From positions 84,382,001 through 84,446,000 of the forward strand of contig OZ320315.1 of the NCBI GenBank assembly GCA_976226885.1: DNA of 64,000 nucleotides, written 5' to 3'. The first letter of the stretch is position 1. Each line of letters opens with the position of its first letter. Of the stretch, positions 13,746-26,001 are shown in pieces. The DNA is from Iphione sp. A-MEVVRFRX5. Its lineage: Eukaryota. A program made the position numbers and the translations under genes. The notes under the pieces were generated by a model. That model saw only the letters and a program-made list of their open reading frames with translations, was not told the DNA's origin and did not search any database.

Positions 13746-14313
13746 CTGCTTAGCTTATACAGCCATTGTTAACAACTGCTGAATACGACTTACTCTGCCT
13801 CTCTTCCCCGCGACTCATTAGGCTCGGCGGGAGTGTTTTCAGCAGCAGGTGTGCTCTGTCCGATAGCCGTCCTCTACTGCTCTCCTCAACTTCTCATCTC
13901 GAATGGCTTAGTTTCTCACCAAACATTATCAACGGGGAAGTTTCTGGAAAGGCCTCTAGATTCGAATCCGCTTTCAGCCGAGCAAATCGTTGATTACACT
14001 GGGAATACCCGAAGGTGTGTCTGGTTACCAGTTGAGCTGCTCCAAAGTACCAGTGGCAGTGCCTCAGCCATGCAGAGGCGGCTTGTAGTCGTATATCCTT
14101 TTGGCAATCCTGGGCTCTTGCCGCTGCTGCCGGTGGCCAGGCCCACAAGGAAAGATACTGCCAGACATCTGACGAATAAGGTCCCGCAGTGTCATCGATG
14201 TCCTCATGTTGCGAATATTTGCGCGTGGCTGAACGGTCCGTTACGTCTACCTCTCTCTTACGGAGCTGCTCTTACCCCTTTGCCCCCTGATCTTGCCTTT
14301 TTCACTCTACCAG

Positions 14314-14543
14314 AACGGTGATTATCAAAACACCCGCTTTTCTATAGTGGATCCAAACAAACGCATACCATTGTACCAGGCATGCGGCGTCCAAACGCCA
14401 GCACACCGCCCTCCTACTTTCTGTGCAGCAGAGTGTGATGTGCGTGTGTGTCTGGAGGCGTCCCACCCTCCCCTGTACCTGTCCGGCGTGTGTGGACCTC
14501 GTAAAGCACGTTAGCAGCTAAGTGCGTCCCAGCCCAGACCCAG
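14314..14543 (+). CDS. Candidate plus-strand exon containing the stop of the antisense ORF
   Basis: Long pyrimidine tract ending tcttgcctttttcactctaccag. The phase-0 frame is open for 66 codons to TAG at 14512-14514. Donor CAG|gtgagg at 14544. Confidence 0.3.
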
Positions 14544-16839
14544 GTGAGGGTTCAGGGCGTGTGTCTGTGTGTGTGTGGAGACGGGGCGAGAGGCGGGTAA
14601 CAGTACATTTGTATGATCCACGCCCATAAATAACAAGACGGAGGATGCAGAGGGGGACGTGTAGTTGGGTGGCGACGGTGGAAGGGGGGGGGGGGTAAAG
14701 GGTTACCACTACCAGTCCCAGGCGACTGTGATCACTCGGATCCTATAGGCTGTGTCCATGCCGACGCTAACCAGTTCTACTATAAACGATAAACCTTGTT
14801 CTATCCCGCATACAATTCGTGCTCTAATGCCTTAATCCCTAACTGTCACGGAGAAATCAAGGGAGCCATTTCCTCCTATTTCCATCTACTACTTGCACAT
14901 ACCAGACACTGGAGTATCAATACATCTGCTCCTCCAGGTACATCCATACCGGGATGCCATTGCATTGATGTCAATTAAAAGTACCTGCCATGCCATGTAT
15001 TTCTGCCGATGGTATCATGACCGATATACATATAACATCTTGAGAAAAGGCCACCCAGCCTTGACTACACCACCCTCAATGATTTATGTATGCCTCCGTG
15101 TTGCGTTTTTTCGTTGTTGTTGTGCCTGTTACGTCTGGACTAGCCACCAAAAAGGCGAAACCTTCAGGCAAAGGGCTGGGATTATCGTCAGGTAATTATT
15201 TTGCTATCAAGTACCAAATTATTTCAGAATACTTACAACTTATATTGTCTGTGTAGTCAAAAAGATAAATAAACAAGGCGCTTTTTGGTTCCACTCTAAT
15301 ATACCTCGGGCATTTACTCTTGACGCATGTTTCCTCACGGAATAGATAAGTCACGGGTATTGGCCTATTTCCTGGGTATTTTAAGTCGTTGAAGATATTG
15401 TAAGATTTTTTTCCACTTCAATATACATAATAGTGTAAGTAATGATTGAGCAAATACATGCCAAATGTCCGTTCGTCAAAAATGAATGATAAACACTTTC
15501 ATCCACAATGTCCTCTATTGAAGTTAAATTATTTCTATATTCATATCAAGACTATCCATCTCCATAATGTTTCCTGTTACTTCAGAATCTATTAAAGGTG
15601 CATCACGAGACTAGGCATGTCGAACTGAAAACACGGGTAAGCCCTCACGGAATGGGAAATAGGACCGATGTTTTTTTTCTCAAATGAGTAAAGGGAAACC
15701 TGTTACGTGGTCAGCTTCGTGTCCTTAATATGTTAGTATTCCCATGGGAAAATTATGTGCTTCTAGTCTATGTAAATGTTTCTGGTTTTGAACTTGAAAC
15801 ACGTGTCTAAGTCTCAGGAGTTACTGTTATGATTAAATGCTGATTCCCATCTGTAGGCGATGCTTTATCTGTCAAGCTGTCAAAACTAGTTACCACATCG
15901 TGCACATAATAATCCAAAATTGGTTTTCTGAAATGCCCAATCAAATGATTTCACCATCATTGGATGTGTTTAATTAAGTTGGGCTTCAGGGTAGAACCGT
16001 TAGAACCTGTCGACCTTAGTGCAAACCGTTTGGGGCTGGTAATATCGTTTTTCACTGTCAGGGCCCGAAATTAATTTCCGAAAACAATAAGTAGCTTGGA
16101 AACGGTACTTTCTGAAGAATCGCACAGCGCAACATTGCACAATAAGAAGAGAAAATGGCTTAAAACAACAAGAGGAAGAGAGAGACACTGGGAAAAGAAA
16201 ACGGAGGTGAACAGCACATATGTGGCACAAAAGTACAAATCAACATGTTGCACTTAGATGTATGTGCATTTACATTTGCGAATAGGTATACCTTCATCCC
16301 TCTAAAGCTCCAAAGGCTTTGGTTTGTATTTATTTCAAGAGGAGTGTGACATGCATGTCAATGTGACATTTTAATAGATTAATTTAGTATACTCCTCCCA
16401 CCATGCACCGCTATCTCAAACTGCATTCGTATACACATGGGTAGGCATACGTGCATATACATTCACATAAGCTACATTTATGCATGCAACCAATATTTGC
16501 CTGTAATTCTTTGCTAGTAGAAGAACAAGAGTACTACGTGGCATAAACAGTCTGGGATTGGCCTACGCACCAGGAAAACGTGTTTATATACATCTACTGG
16601 CCCTCACTAAACATCTATTATTGATGGCATCCAGTTAAAAAGCGGACTTCCTACCTCGTTTTTACGAGGCTCTCCTCGGAACTACAATCTCATTTGGCAT
16701 GTAATTCCGGTCAAGGACTTCACTTGCCTCTCGTACTAACAGTGTTCTTTCATTCACTACTGCATATGCCACGTTATGACAAATCTTGATCGTCTTGGTG
16801 ATGATAGAATTGTAGCATCTTTTCCCAAAAAAAACTTAC

Positions 16840-17050
16840 CATGCAGTTTTTCTTTTTAGCAAATTTCGAAAGTGAGAGCTGTAAAATTGCGATCTGGGGA
16901 GGGGAAGGGAATGGCGACGACACTGTCACAATCTCAAGCCACACATACCCGGTGTCCATTCATATATGCCTCGCTTTCGGCACCAGGCGATACCATGGCA
17001 CCGGGATGAAATACACGGCCACCTCTCCGGGGACCGATGATGGTGGCCAC
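16840..17050 (-). other. Candidate alternative first exon ending in ATG|GTAAGT
   Basis: ATG at 16842-16840 is followed directly by a perfect donor gtaagt, downstream of a motif-rich GC segment. The 5' end is approximate. Confidence 0.35.
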
Positions 17051-17057
17051 GCTCTCT

Positions 17058-17082
17058 GTTGCCATGGAGAGGTCACGTGACC
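17058..17082. promoter_or_regulatory. Adjacent RFX X-box and palindromic E-box (USF/MiT type)
   Basis: GTTGCCATGGAGA directly followed by GGTCACGTGACC. Confidence 0.5.
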
Positions 17083-19538
17083 TCGTAGGATCTCCGACGA
17101 AGAGCACCACTGCCTTCTTGGAGGTAGCCCATGGGCGGTGAGAAGGGAGCGAAGAAACGGGTGGGAAGGGGGGAGGGGGCTGCGTTCCGTGTTCCGCACT
17201 ATGTTATATTATGTCAAGTAGCGGATCTTAGCTCTCTTGATCTCGAATGTTCCGGCAAACCGACTCCTTTCTCGGATGTGATCCCCACTCATGGAGGCGG
17301 ATGTAGAGCCACTACTTCGATATTATACCACCACATCGCAAATGGGGAAGCGGCCATGGATAAGATGACTGGCAGGCAGCCCGGCGGCAGGTGGGACGTC
17401 AGATATAGCGTGCTAGACACATAAGATAAGCATGACAGTAGGTTGTCGTTCACGCGCAAAACCACACACGTCTCTGCAGCAGGCATTAGCAGTCAAACGA
17501 CCAGGCTGGGATCTACAAAGAGGTTCCCTGTGGGAAGCTATGCCTCAGGAGTATAATTAAAGAGGATATCCATCAGTGCATTGTGTCAAAACCACACATC
17601 CTCCAGTCTAATCTGGGCTATTAGGCGTTGTCTGAATAGTCATTGGAGTCCCCTGACCGAGTTAGTCGTAGTAAACGTGGCTCCGGGGATGGTGTACAAT
17701 ATGGAGCAGAGCAATATATTGCATTAATAAGAGCACAATAAAAAAAAAACAAAACTACTGTCAAGTGGAGAACAATATACACACATATTTTGGACACGTG
17801 GCTATGAAACAGGAAAGCCTTAACCTGCAGGGCTGTCCTTTCTTAAACCATTTAACTTTCGATTGTTACAATCTTTAATTCCATTTCGCTCTTTTAAATG
17901 TTTAAAAGTAAGCGACACTGTTCAATATACCCAGTAATTACAGTAAACGTAACGTCTGCACTCTGTGCAGTATATTTACAAACCCATATATATGTACTCT
18001 ACTCTAAGATCAATGTGTGTTCTTCACCTGGTTCATCATTTTATAATCAGATACAATTCAGTACGTATTGCAGGAGAATAATTCCCATAAATACATGTAA
18101 TAGGACCTATATGCTTAGACCGACAACCACGCAGTTAATTATCTAGACGACGTATAATCCATCTTGTGTGATTTGGATTAAATCCTGCTGGACGCTGAGT
18201 TCCAAACAAAAAAACATCCTGTGATTCAGACGAGAGAAATTCGTATTAGGCCCGCGGGTATGCGGCCCGGACGGTGAGTCCCGGGTCAGTCCAATAGGCT
18301 TCCATATGCAAAAACCAAATCATTGGCCCATCCGTTTTTTGTGAATGGCAGACTGTAAAACAATTAGCATGCTATTTGCATATTGATAACGTCGTGTACC
18401 TAACCACAAGAGATGAGAATCTGCACGTGTGTCTTTACTATGACAAGATGTTTATGTAGATGCTTCCATTTGTTTTATGGCAACATACGCTACGGTACTT
18501 AAATTCGGACTTGCTCCATCACTACTTAAATGGAGGTTTTTGCAGTGACTATCAATATATATCTACTTTTGACGTGCTTTCAAATCGCAAGGTCATTATT
18601 CTATGCAAAGCGCAAATAAATGAAAAAGAATCGGAAGTTTTGCAGACAGACAAAACAAGTTCATGTAACATTACTTTCATCAACGACATAATTCATTCTA
18701 TGCCTGATGCCTTATGCCTGAAAGTAGCACAAAGAATCCAATTATATTATACCTAAACATTTACTGGTTGTTCTTTCCCACACTTTTGCGGTGGTTCAGA
18801 AATTAGACTCAGCCTAATTGCTATTTTTGGGCCCATATTTTAAGTTCGGATTCAAGTAAATGGCGCCAAAAAGCTAGCCGTTCGTAATTTTCCAAGGAAA
18901 AAAGGGGTTAGATTCAATATGCATCCTGGCCTAATTGCGTAATGACTGTAATTATTTCGTAAGCCAACGCTTCACGGTAGTAGGTATTTATGCATTCTGG
19001 GTGATTTTATGGGCTGTTACTTGGGCAGCTAATGTCAGACAAGTTCGTACCGTCCCAGAGGCACCCCGCATCAGAGGCAGAAATGTCCCCGCCTAACCAG
19101 AAACGATGTTCATCAATCGACTGCAATGTTGGGTTAATCCCTGTCCTTAATCCCCTAGCCTGATGAATCAGACAGGCCGGGGATCGGCCTGGGTCTGGCT
19201 AGATCCCCGATGAGGCCCCCATCGCTGTCTGGGATGCAGACTATTCGCCGCATCCTAGCCTCTCTCCTAACCTCCTCAACCTCATTCGACCCCTTAACCC
19301 CAACAAAGAAACAGAGGTCTGGTTGTATGCGTGTCAGCAAATGTCCCTTACAAATATAGGGGAGGGATAGAAGATAGATAGCCCGTCTGCAATACATCGG
19401 ATACGACCGACCCTTGTGGACCATAGGGATATGCAACTACCCTGACAAGAAATAGAGTGATACAACAGGGACAGAAAACATTTAAGTAACGAACATCAAA
19501 AGATGGCATTTTTACAAATATTACATTTTCTCCCTTAC

Positions 19539-19556
19539 CATAAAGGGTTTCTTGTT
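19539..19556 (-). CDS. Candidate 18-nt frame-preserving microexon (E-QETLY-G)
   Basis: Acceptor ctctcttcaaaatttgtcag, donor TG|gtaagg. Open in phase 1-1. Confidence 0.3.
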
Positions 19557-22500
19557 CTGACAAATTTTGAAGAGAGTACATTCTTCAACAGTCACCAAAT
19601 AGTTTCTACTGAATAGCTTACCCGTGGGAAAGCAACAAAAGGAAAACTTTATCTAATAGCATCCGTATATTAAAAAAAAGTATCGAAACCTTGTCCCAAA
19701 CTGATAAGCATCGCAGCATTCTGACGTGTGATGCGAAGCTTCAAATGTCCAGAATCAATTAGCCCGGCACAGTGACGATCTGCTGGCGTGCCTGTCCACC
19801 ATTAAGACAAGGCATCATTTCGAAGTTATCCACATGCAGACGACATTTAATTTACATGAATCATAACCGTAAAGAATGGGGTGGATGTTTCATTGAAGGG
19901 TGAGTTGTTTGTAGAGCTTTTCTCCTGGGAATATGACAATTACCGGCAGCTTCTACACCATAAGGGCGCCTTAAGCACTTCAGTATGGTGTGGGGAGCCT
20001 TCGTCGAGAAGGGGAGGGAAAATGCGACAAGGGATTATGAATATGCAGCTAATTACCCCTCTCTTCCTGCTTTGATATTCAAGCATTATTTTCTCAGCTT
20101 CATGAGGTCATTCAAGAAGGAATTGCCATGAAGCTAGCCTGCAGCGACATCACCTTCTAATCGCGTGAAACCAGCATCTCCATTTGTTCATTTTTGAGTA
20201 TGAGATATGCTACTTGTTCATGCATGCATACAATATGGCAGCGAAGGTTCGACTATCTGTTGTCGCGTAAGGAAAAAGGGGATCATACTAAGGACCTATA
20301 CATTCGATGACAAAGAACAGTTTATCGAATAACAGCATGAGCAATTCATCATGGAGCATACGTATAGTTTTACGTCTGAGTCGATAAAGAACTGTGACGT
20401 TGCTGTTACCCTACTTTATTGAAGTTCAGCTCTTGGATTGGACCCGGAGTCTCCACTGAATGTTTTATGAATATATCTCCTACAATTGACCAACTTGTGC
20501 GTCTTTGCATGGCTGTCCTTCTCTTAAGGAGCATTTAGATTTGGCCCGGATCCATGTCACTCAATGTCGGGTTGGCCAGTAAGTGTATCTGGGCCATGGG
20601 TGTGAGTGTTGGCTGAGCAGCTCAAGGTCTGCAGACTAATTGAAGTAGAGCGGGCCTTAAATTGGCCAATTACAGGGCCTGCTCCGAACTCGAGATGATT
20701 CCGGAGGGCAGCGATCTATGCATTGATCCTCTGTATCCCATCGGATTCTTAAGTCTGTGGACGATGCATTCAACCAGCACAAGGCCTGGATCTATTTGCA
20801 TTAAGATCCACCCCCACCCCCGTCCCCACTTTCCCCCTTAACTCTAACCCCGCATGGCCGATGGCTGTTATAAAGTTCCCTGCATCCTTCGACGAACCCC
20901 AATATCTGGCTATCCCTGTAAAAAGACAGCTAGGAAAATAAAGAGACATCCTAATTATATGAGAATACCTCCAGGCATTACAAGTGTAATTGATTTCAAT
21001 TAGGACATATTTTCCGATCGGCAAACGGAAAAACGGATGGGAAACGAATTTAATAAATCATGGACGAGACCATGCTGCCGCCTCCCACACCGTCTTGATA
21101 CGGGTCGCTATCGGGCGCGTTAGGGCCACGGCCATGCAGAGGCCTCCTGCATTTTTCTTCATTGGCCTTGGGCATTGATGAATCATCAGATGCATTTGTG
21201 GCCGTGGCGCCATTAACTTGGCATTGGATCGGCTGGGCAGGAGGGGGTTCCCATCTACTCCAATAACTGCCGGCGGAATTCCTGCAGGGCACTGTTGGGG
21301 CGCCTGGTTTGAAACTGAACAGAGCTAATTTAAGGCGAACGTCTGGATACGATGAAGCCGAGCTGGACTTGCTGCCCCATCGGCCCTGCTAGACTGAGCA
21401 TGGTACGTCGACATTCGCCAAAGTCGTTCAATATCAATTTCAGATATTTGTTGCCGCCATTGGTCACTCATTTTCGACCCCCATCAAGACCAGCCAGACA
21501 GGGGGGGTGCGGGGTAATGTGAAGAATACAACGAGCCAGCCAATAAAGACAGCTAAATGGCTACTTGGAAGATCTTTCTCATGGACAGGAGATTGGATAA
21601 GGAAGGGGAATGGAATGAAAGCCAGGGGGCTTCTGGCTTTGGTCCGAGCCCTTTTCCTCTGTAATTGCCTCATCATAGCAGTGTGCCTTGTGTATGTATC
21701 TAAGGCCAGTGGAGTGACCAGCGGCTACCTCGCCAACTTCTGCACGCTGACAATACTGCTGATTGGGTACTTTTCTTACAGGTCGAAATGGAAGGCTGCC
21801 AATCTGTTTAGATCCTCATTCCATGACTAGAGACCTACCGCTGTAATAGATAAGTGATTAGCCTTGAGATAATACTTTGACATTTCTATCAAGTTTTTCC
21901 CCTCCAAGAATATGCACCTGAACGACAGACCTGTCTGTCCTCCTTCCAGCATCTCAAAGGGGCCTCCATCGCAAAACTCACATCTAATCTCCTTTGAAGT
22001 TCATTGAATGACTTAAGGGAATATGCGCGTTTTTCCCCGCCTATCTTCATGTACAACTGTGACATGTTGCCGTAGTGTATATTCATCTCCTGAAGCCAGT
22101 TTGGCTTCCGATGTGGCTTCCCCCGCCGCCTTCTCTTTACAGGTGTGTCGCTGCCAAACAACGCCATCAAACATTTTCTATGTGTCCTACACACGCAACC
22201 GTTCTGTGAATCATACCCAGTCGGGAGGCTGGGACCCTTAGTGATGAGAATAAAAAAAACAAACCGCGCCATCGTAGCAGATATGGCGTGCGCAGAATGT
22301 CCTTATTATTAAGAAGTTTATGGCTCGCGTCCTTGGCACAAACAATTTGGCCACACAGGGGGATTCCTTATCTCCAACGCATGCTGTCAGAACAATGTAA
22401 ATATGAGTAAATAAAAGATGGTGCTGGGGCGTGAAATACTGCAGAGACTCCCTCAGGGGGAAGTGCAGGATATGCAGAGCAGATCACTTCTCACCAGAGC

Positions 22501-22806
22501 TACGGGACTGTTCTTCCAGTACATGTATTAGTTCTCATTAGGAAGGAGCTGTTTGTTGTCTAATACGTTACATATGTTGAGGATTCAGATGATGAATTCA
22601 CTAGTCCTTTTACTTGTATAGTCGGACTGAAGGCAATGATTATATAGCAAATGCAACTTTATAACGGCAGCTACATACATGCTGTATCAAGCAATTTATT
22701 GCGCGTGGAACAAACATCCGGAGAGAATTAAATAGTCAGTTATTCCTATACGTTGTAAAGAACGTTATTGAAATCAGAGTTAAATCTATTCCAGATACTG
22801 GCTTAC

Positions 22807-22867
22807 CTGTTGAAGAGACTTGTACCCTGTGGATGTTTCTCGCAACAAGCATAAGGATCGAACTTAC
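22807..22867 (-). CDS. 61-nt exon beginning with a 5' splice-site sequence (RS-exon-like; KFDPYACCEKHPQGTSLFN)
   Basis: ttctctttctcgttttag|GTAAGTT...TTCAACAG|gtaagc. Two of three frames are open. Confidence 0.55.
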
Positions 22868-24132
22868 CTAAAACGAGAAAGAGAACATATTCAAGTTGCT
22901 GCAATAGGCGTACTTTGAAAATAGTGTTATAGTTGGGAGTGATGCTGAATTATGTTTGCTAGAGAGTGTGCATACGTACATCTATCCATACAATGTAGTT
23001 TAAACACATTTAACATTTAAACATGCAACATATTATAAATGTGCCAACGGACATCGTATTCGGTTTTCACTTTGATATATGGAGGACGATATATAATGGC
23101 TGTGTGGGAAAACCCTAAACCCATACTTCACAATTTGCTTTCCAAGTGCCTTTTGGTAAAGGTAAATAGTCGTCGGCGTTTCAAAATGCCAAGTAAAGGC
23201 GAAACTGGAATACTCGAGTGAAGGGGGCTGTTGTTCCAGCTGTGACCTGGTACACTACTCTGGTTGCCTGACCGACCGAGTTACCCGTGCCAAGGATATG
23301 TCTCTACTAATAGGCGGTTTCTTTGATTTCCGAGTTTAATTACAAAAACATGTCAGGTTAATTTGTTCGGTAAACAAACCGGACACGAGTTCATTATAAG
23401 AGTGCAAACTAATACACTGAGAACGTGAAAACCTCTCAGAAAGCGACAGGCAAACGAGCACAGGTTACTTCCATTTACAATCTGCCCCGAAATTCTCATG
23501 CACCTCCTCATTTACTCTCACACAGGATAAAGCACAGCAGCAAAGAGAGGAGTGACTCATTCTCATACTCGTTGCCGCCTGGAACCTGAAACATACAAAT
23601 ACATTGTACATGTATATGTGCACAATAGGTGCACCATTAATACATTATGTATAATCCTGTAGCGTTCTGTCCCGTAGGACAGAACAATGAAGTCCATGCA
23701 AAGTGAACTATTATCATGATTCATTTGTTCTATAGGGTGAGGTTACATTGAACGGACCACTCTGAGAAGGATAAAGGTAGGTTCAAAACACAAGATACGT
23801 TGCTGCATGTTTTGCGCAGGGTTGCAACGACGGTTCGTGTGTCCACCGGCAGACTGCGCCTCGGGCGAAGCTGGGCGGAAGGATTCACCAAGCGATCTCT
23901 AAACCGTCAGGCAGCTGTCGGAGGCTTCCTTCCTGTCTCCTCTGGCCATTAAACTTCTAGAGGTTGCCAGATCAAAGCGGAATAGCCTTTCGGGCATGAA
24001 TAGATAATTAGGTCAAGGCCGCACTTTGGAGATGGAAGGATAGTGGCCGGACCACAGTGGACACCAAGGTGAAATGAAGGTCACTCAATATCGCCTATTG
24101 TCTCGGGCCAGCCATAAGTTCCTTTGTCATAG

Positions 24133-24162
24133 TCCTTCAATGATGTCGTTCTACTCCAAAAG
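24133..24162 (+). other. Candidate 30-nt plus-strand exon (SFNDVVLLQK)
   Basis: Acceptor ttcctttgtcatag, donor AAG|gtaagt, open in phase 0-0. No partner exon established. Confidence 0.25.
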
Positions 24163-24832
24163 GTAAGTTTTCAGTCTTTAAATGGAGCACTTGCAAGTGA
24201 TTTGGAAGGACCCGTTTTTCCCTCTCAAATTGAAGAATGCGAATCTGCCTTTTTGACCTTCGGTGAAGGTCAAGAGTGAACTGATCAAAAGATGTCTCAT
24301 GTTCGAGCCGGGGATGCCGTTTCTTCTATCTCCATCCTGCATAATTTGACCTCTCCTTCATCAAAGCATCAAACATTACCGCTAATGAGAACTATCAATA
24401 ACTGAAGGAGGTCAACATGCTAAACAAGCCATCACGTGGGCAACGTTACTTTTGCATCAGCATGGTACATAGTTTAATGCTGTGTTGTTTGGGAGAGAAG
24501 GCTCCCTCGTGATGGTGCATTTTCAAAGTGTACATTTACAAAACTCCTCCCTTACTGAAACATCGAGGCACGAATGGGCCACAAACAATGGACTTCAATC
24601 TTACAAATCTCCACCATGAAATGTGATCTCAAAGTTCCATGCCCTTTTGAGCTTTATCGGTGTTACCGGATAGGATGTCTAAACAAAAGATCAGTCGGCA
24701 ACGTTCCGCTAAACCAAGGGTACTCTATTTGTTCAATTATCGGCTTGATACAATATAACCGGCATGTTGCTCATAGTTAACACGGTTCTCGCGCAATATC
24801 ACCCGATTATTCGTCAAAATTAATCACCTTAC

Positions 24833-24839
24833 CGAAAGG
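24833..24839 (-). CDS. Candidate 7-nt microexon CCTTTCG
   Basis: Very strong tract tttgttctctctgttctcttttcag, then 7 nt, then donor gtaagg. Confidence 0.5.
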
Positions 24840-25987
24840 CTGAAAAGAGAACAGAGAGAACAAATACGCCGAGATTAAAACTGTTTCTTGTACCGAACAT
24901 CAAAACCTAGGGTCGGTGGGATTTCACTTTTCCTTTCTTTGGGTCAGTGATTAAAGACATTTTTGAGTCGGCGGGAGGGGCATTGCTCTAGCTGTCCATG
25001 CCCATCAGGGAGTATACATACATGAGTATATCCCTTGGAGGAGATGGTGGGCCTCTCGAGGGCCGAGTCATAACGTTCCCCACTCGATGGCGGTTACGCT
25101 AACACCATTTATAGAGCAGCGCCGGTCCATTTGGAGAAGCAATAAGGACGATGTTTCTAGTGTGTTCTGTTGCACAAGGCGCACGGCCGTGTGTTTGTCC
25201 ACATGCTGGGGCCGGCCTTGTCGCACCTGGCAGCCCCCTGACTGGCTTCTGGCGTGAGAGGCGCTCGTTTGGGTCTTGAGGTGAACGTCAGGAGTGCTGC
25301 TAAAGTGCGGGAGGGCGGCAGGAAGACATTCAGGGGGATTGATTTTTTTTCCTTGGCGGTGTGGTGGTGTTGGGGTTGGGTGAGTTGCTGGTTCCAGAAT
25401 CAGTAGCATAAAAGTAAAAATGGTAAGTACCACTTGTGTTTCCGAGTGTTATGTCTAGACGCAGATGTGGAGACGTGCAGACTCTGAACAACACAGGACG
25501 ATGTTTCCAGACGTTCAAATACAGTTTAAAAGAGAGTAAAGAAGCGTCATTCGCATACCTTCAATCACAAAAAATTTTTGAGGATCCTACTGTAATGTAA
25601 AGACAAAGCGTCGGGTTTTTGAAGCCTTAAGAACCACCTTTCGATCGTCTTCGGCCGTCACTGATTTCCCACGTAACTATGACGTCGCCATGACAACGGC
25701 ACCGTTCCTCATGGACCTCATCAGTGGCCATGTATGGCCAAGTCAGAAAAATGTCTGTCTTTTTTTTGTCATGTAGGAGGGTGCAGGGCGGGGGGGTCAG
25801 TCTCCCGAATCCGACATGTTCATAGCGTGACGTCACGACACGTCATTTTACGTCGACACAAGGCAGGCCTCTTTCATTGAGCGATCCTCTGAAAGAAGCT
25901 GGTTTTCTTTCGGCCGGCGGCAGATGAGCTAAACTCATTAGTACCATTTACCTGGCGCACAATGGCGCCCAGTAACGAAAGGCTAAT

Positions 25988-26001
25988 CACCAGATGGCGC
26001 T
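25988..26001 (+). promoter_or_regulatory. CTCF-like motif
   Basis: CACCAGATGGCGCT matches the CTCF core CCACYAGRKGGCR. Confidence 0.4.
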
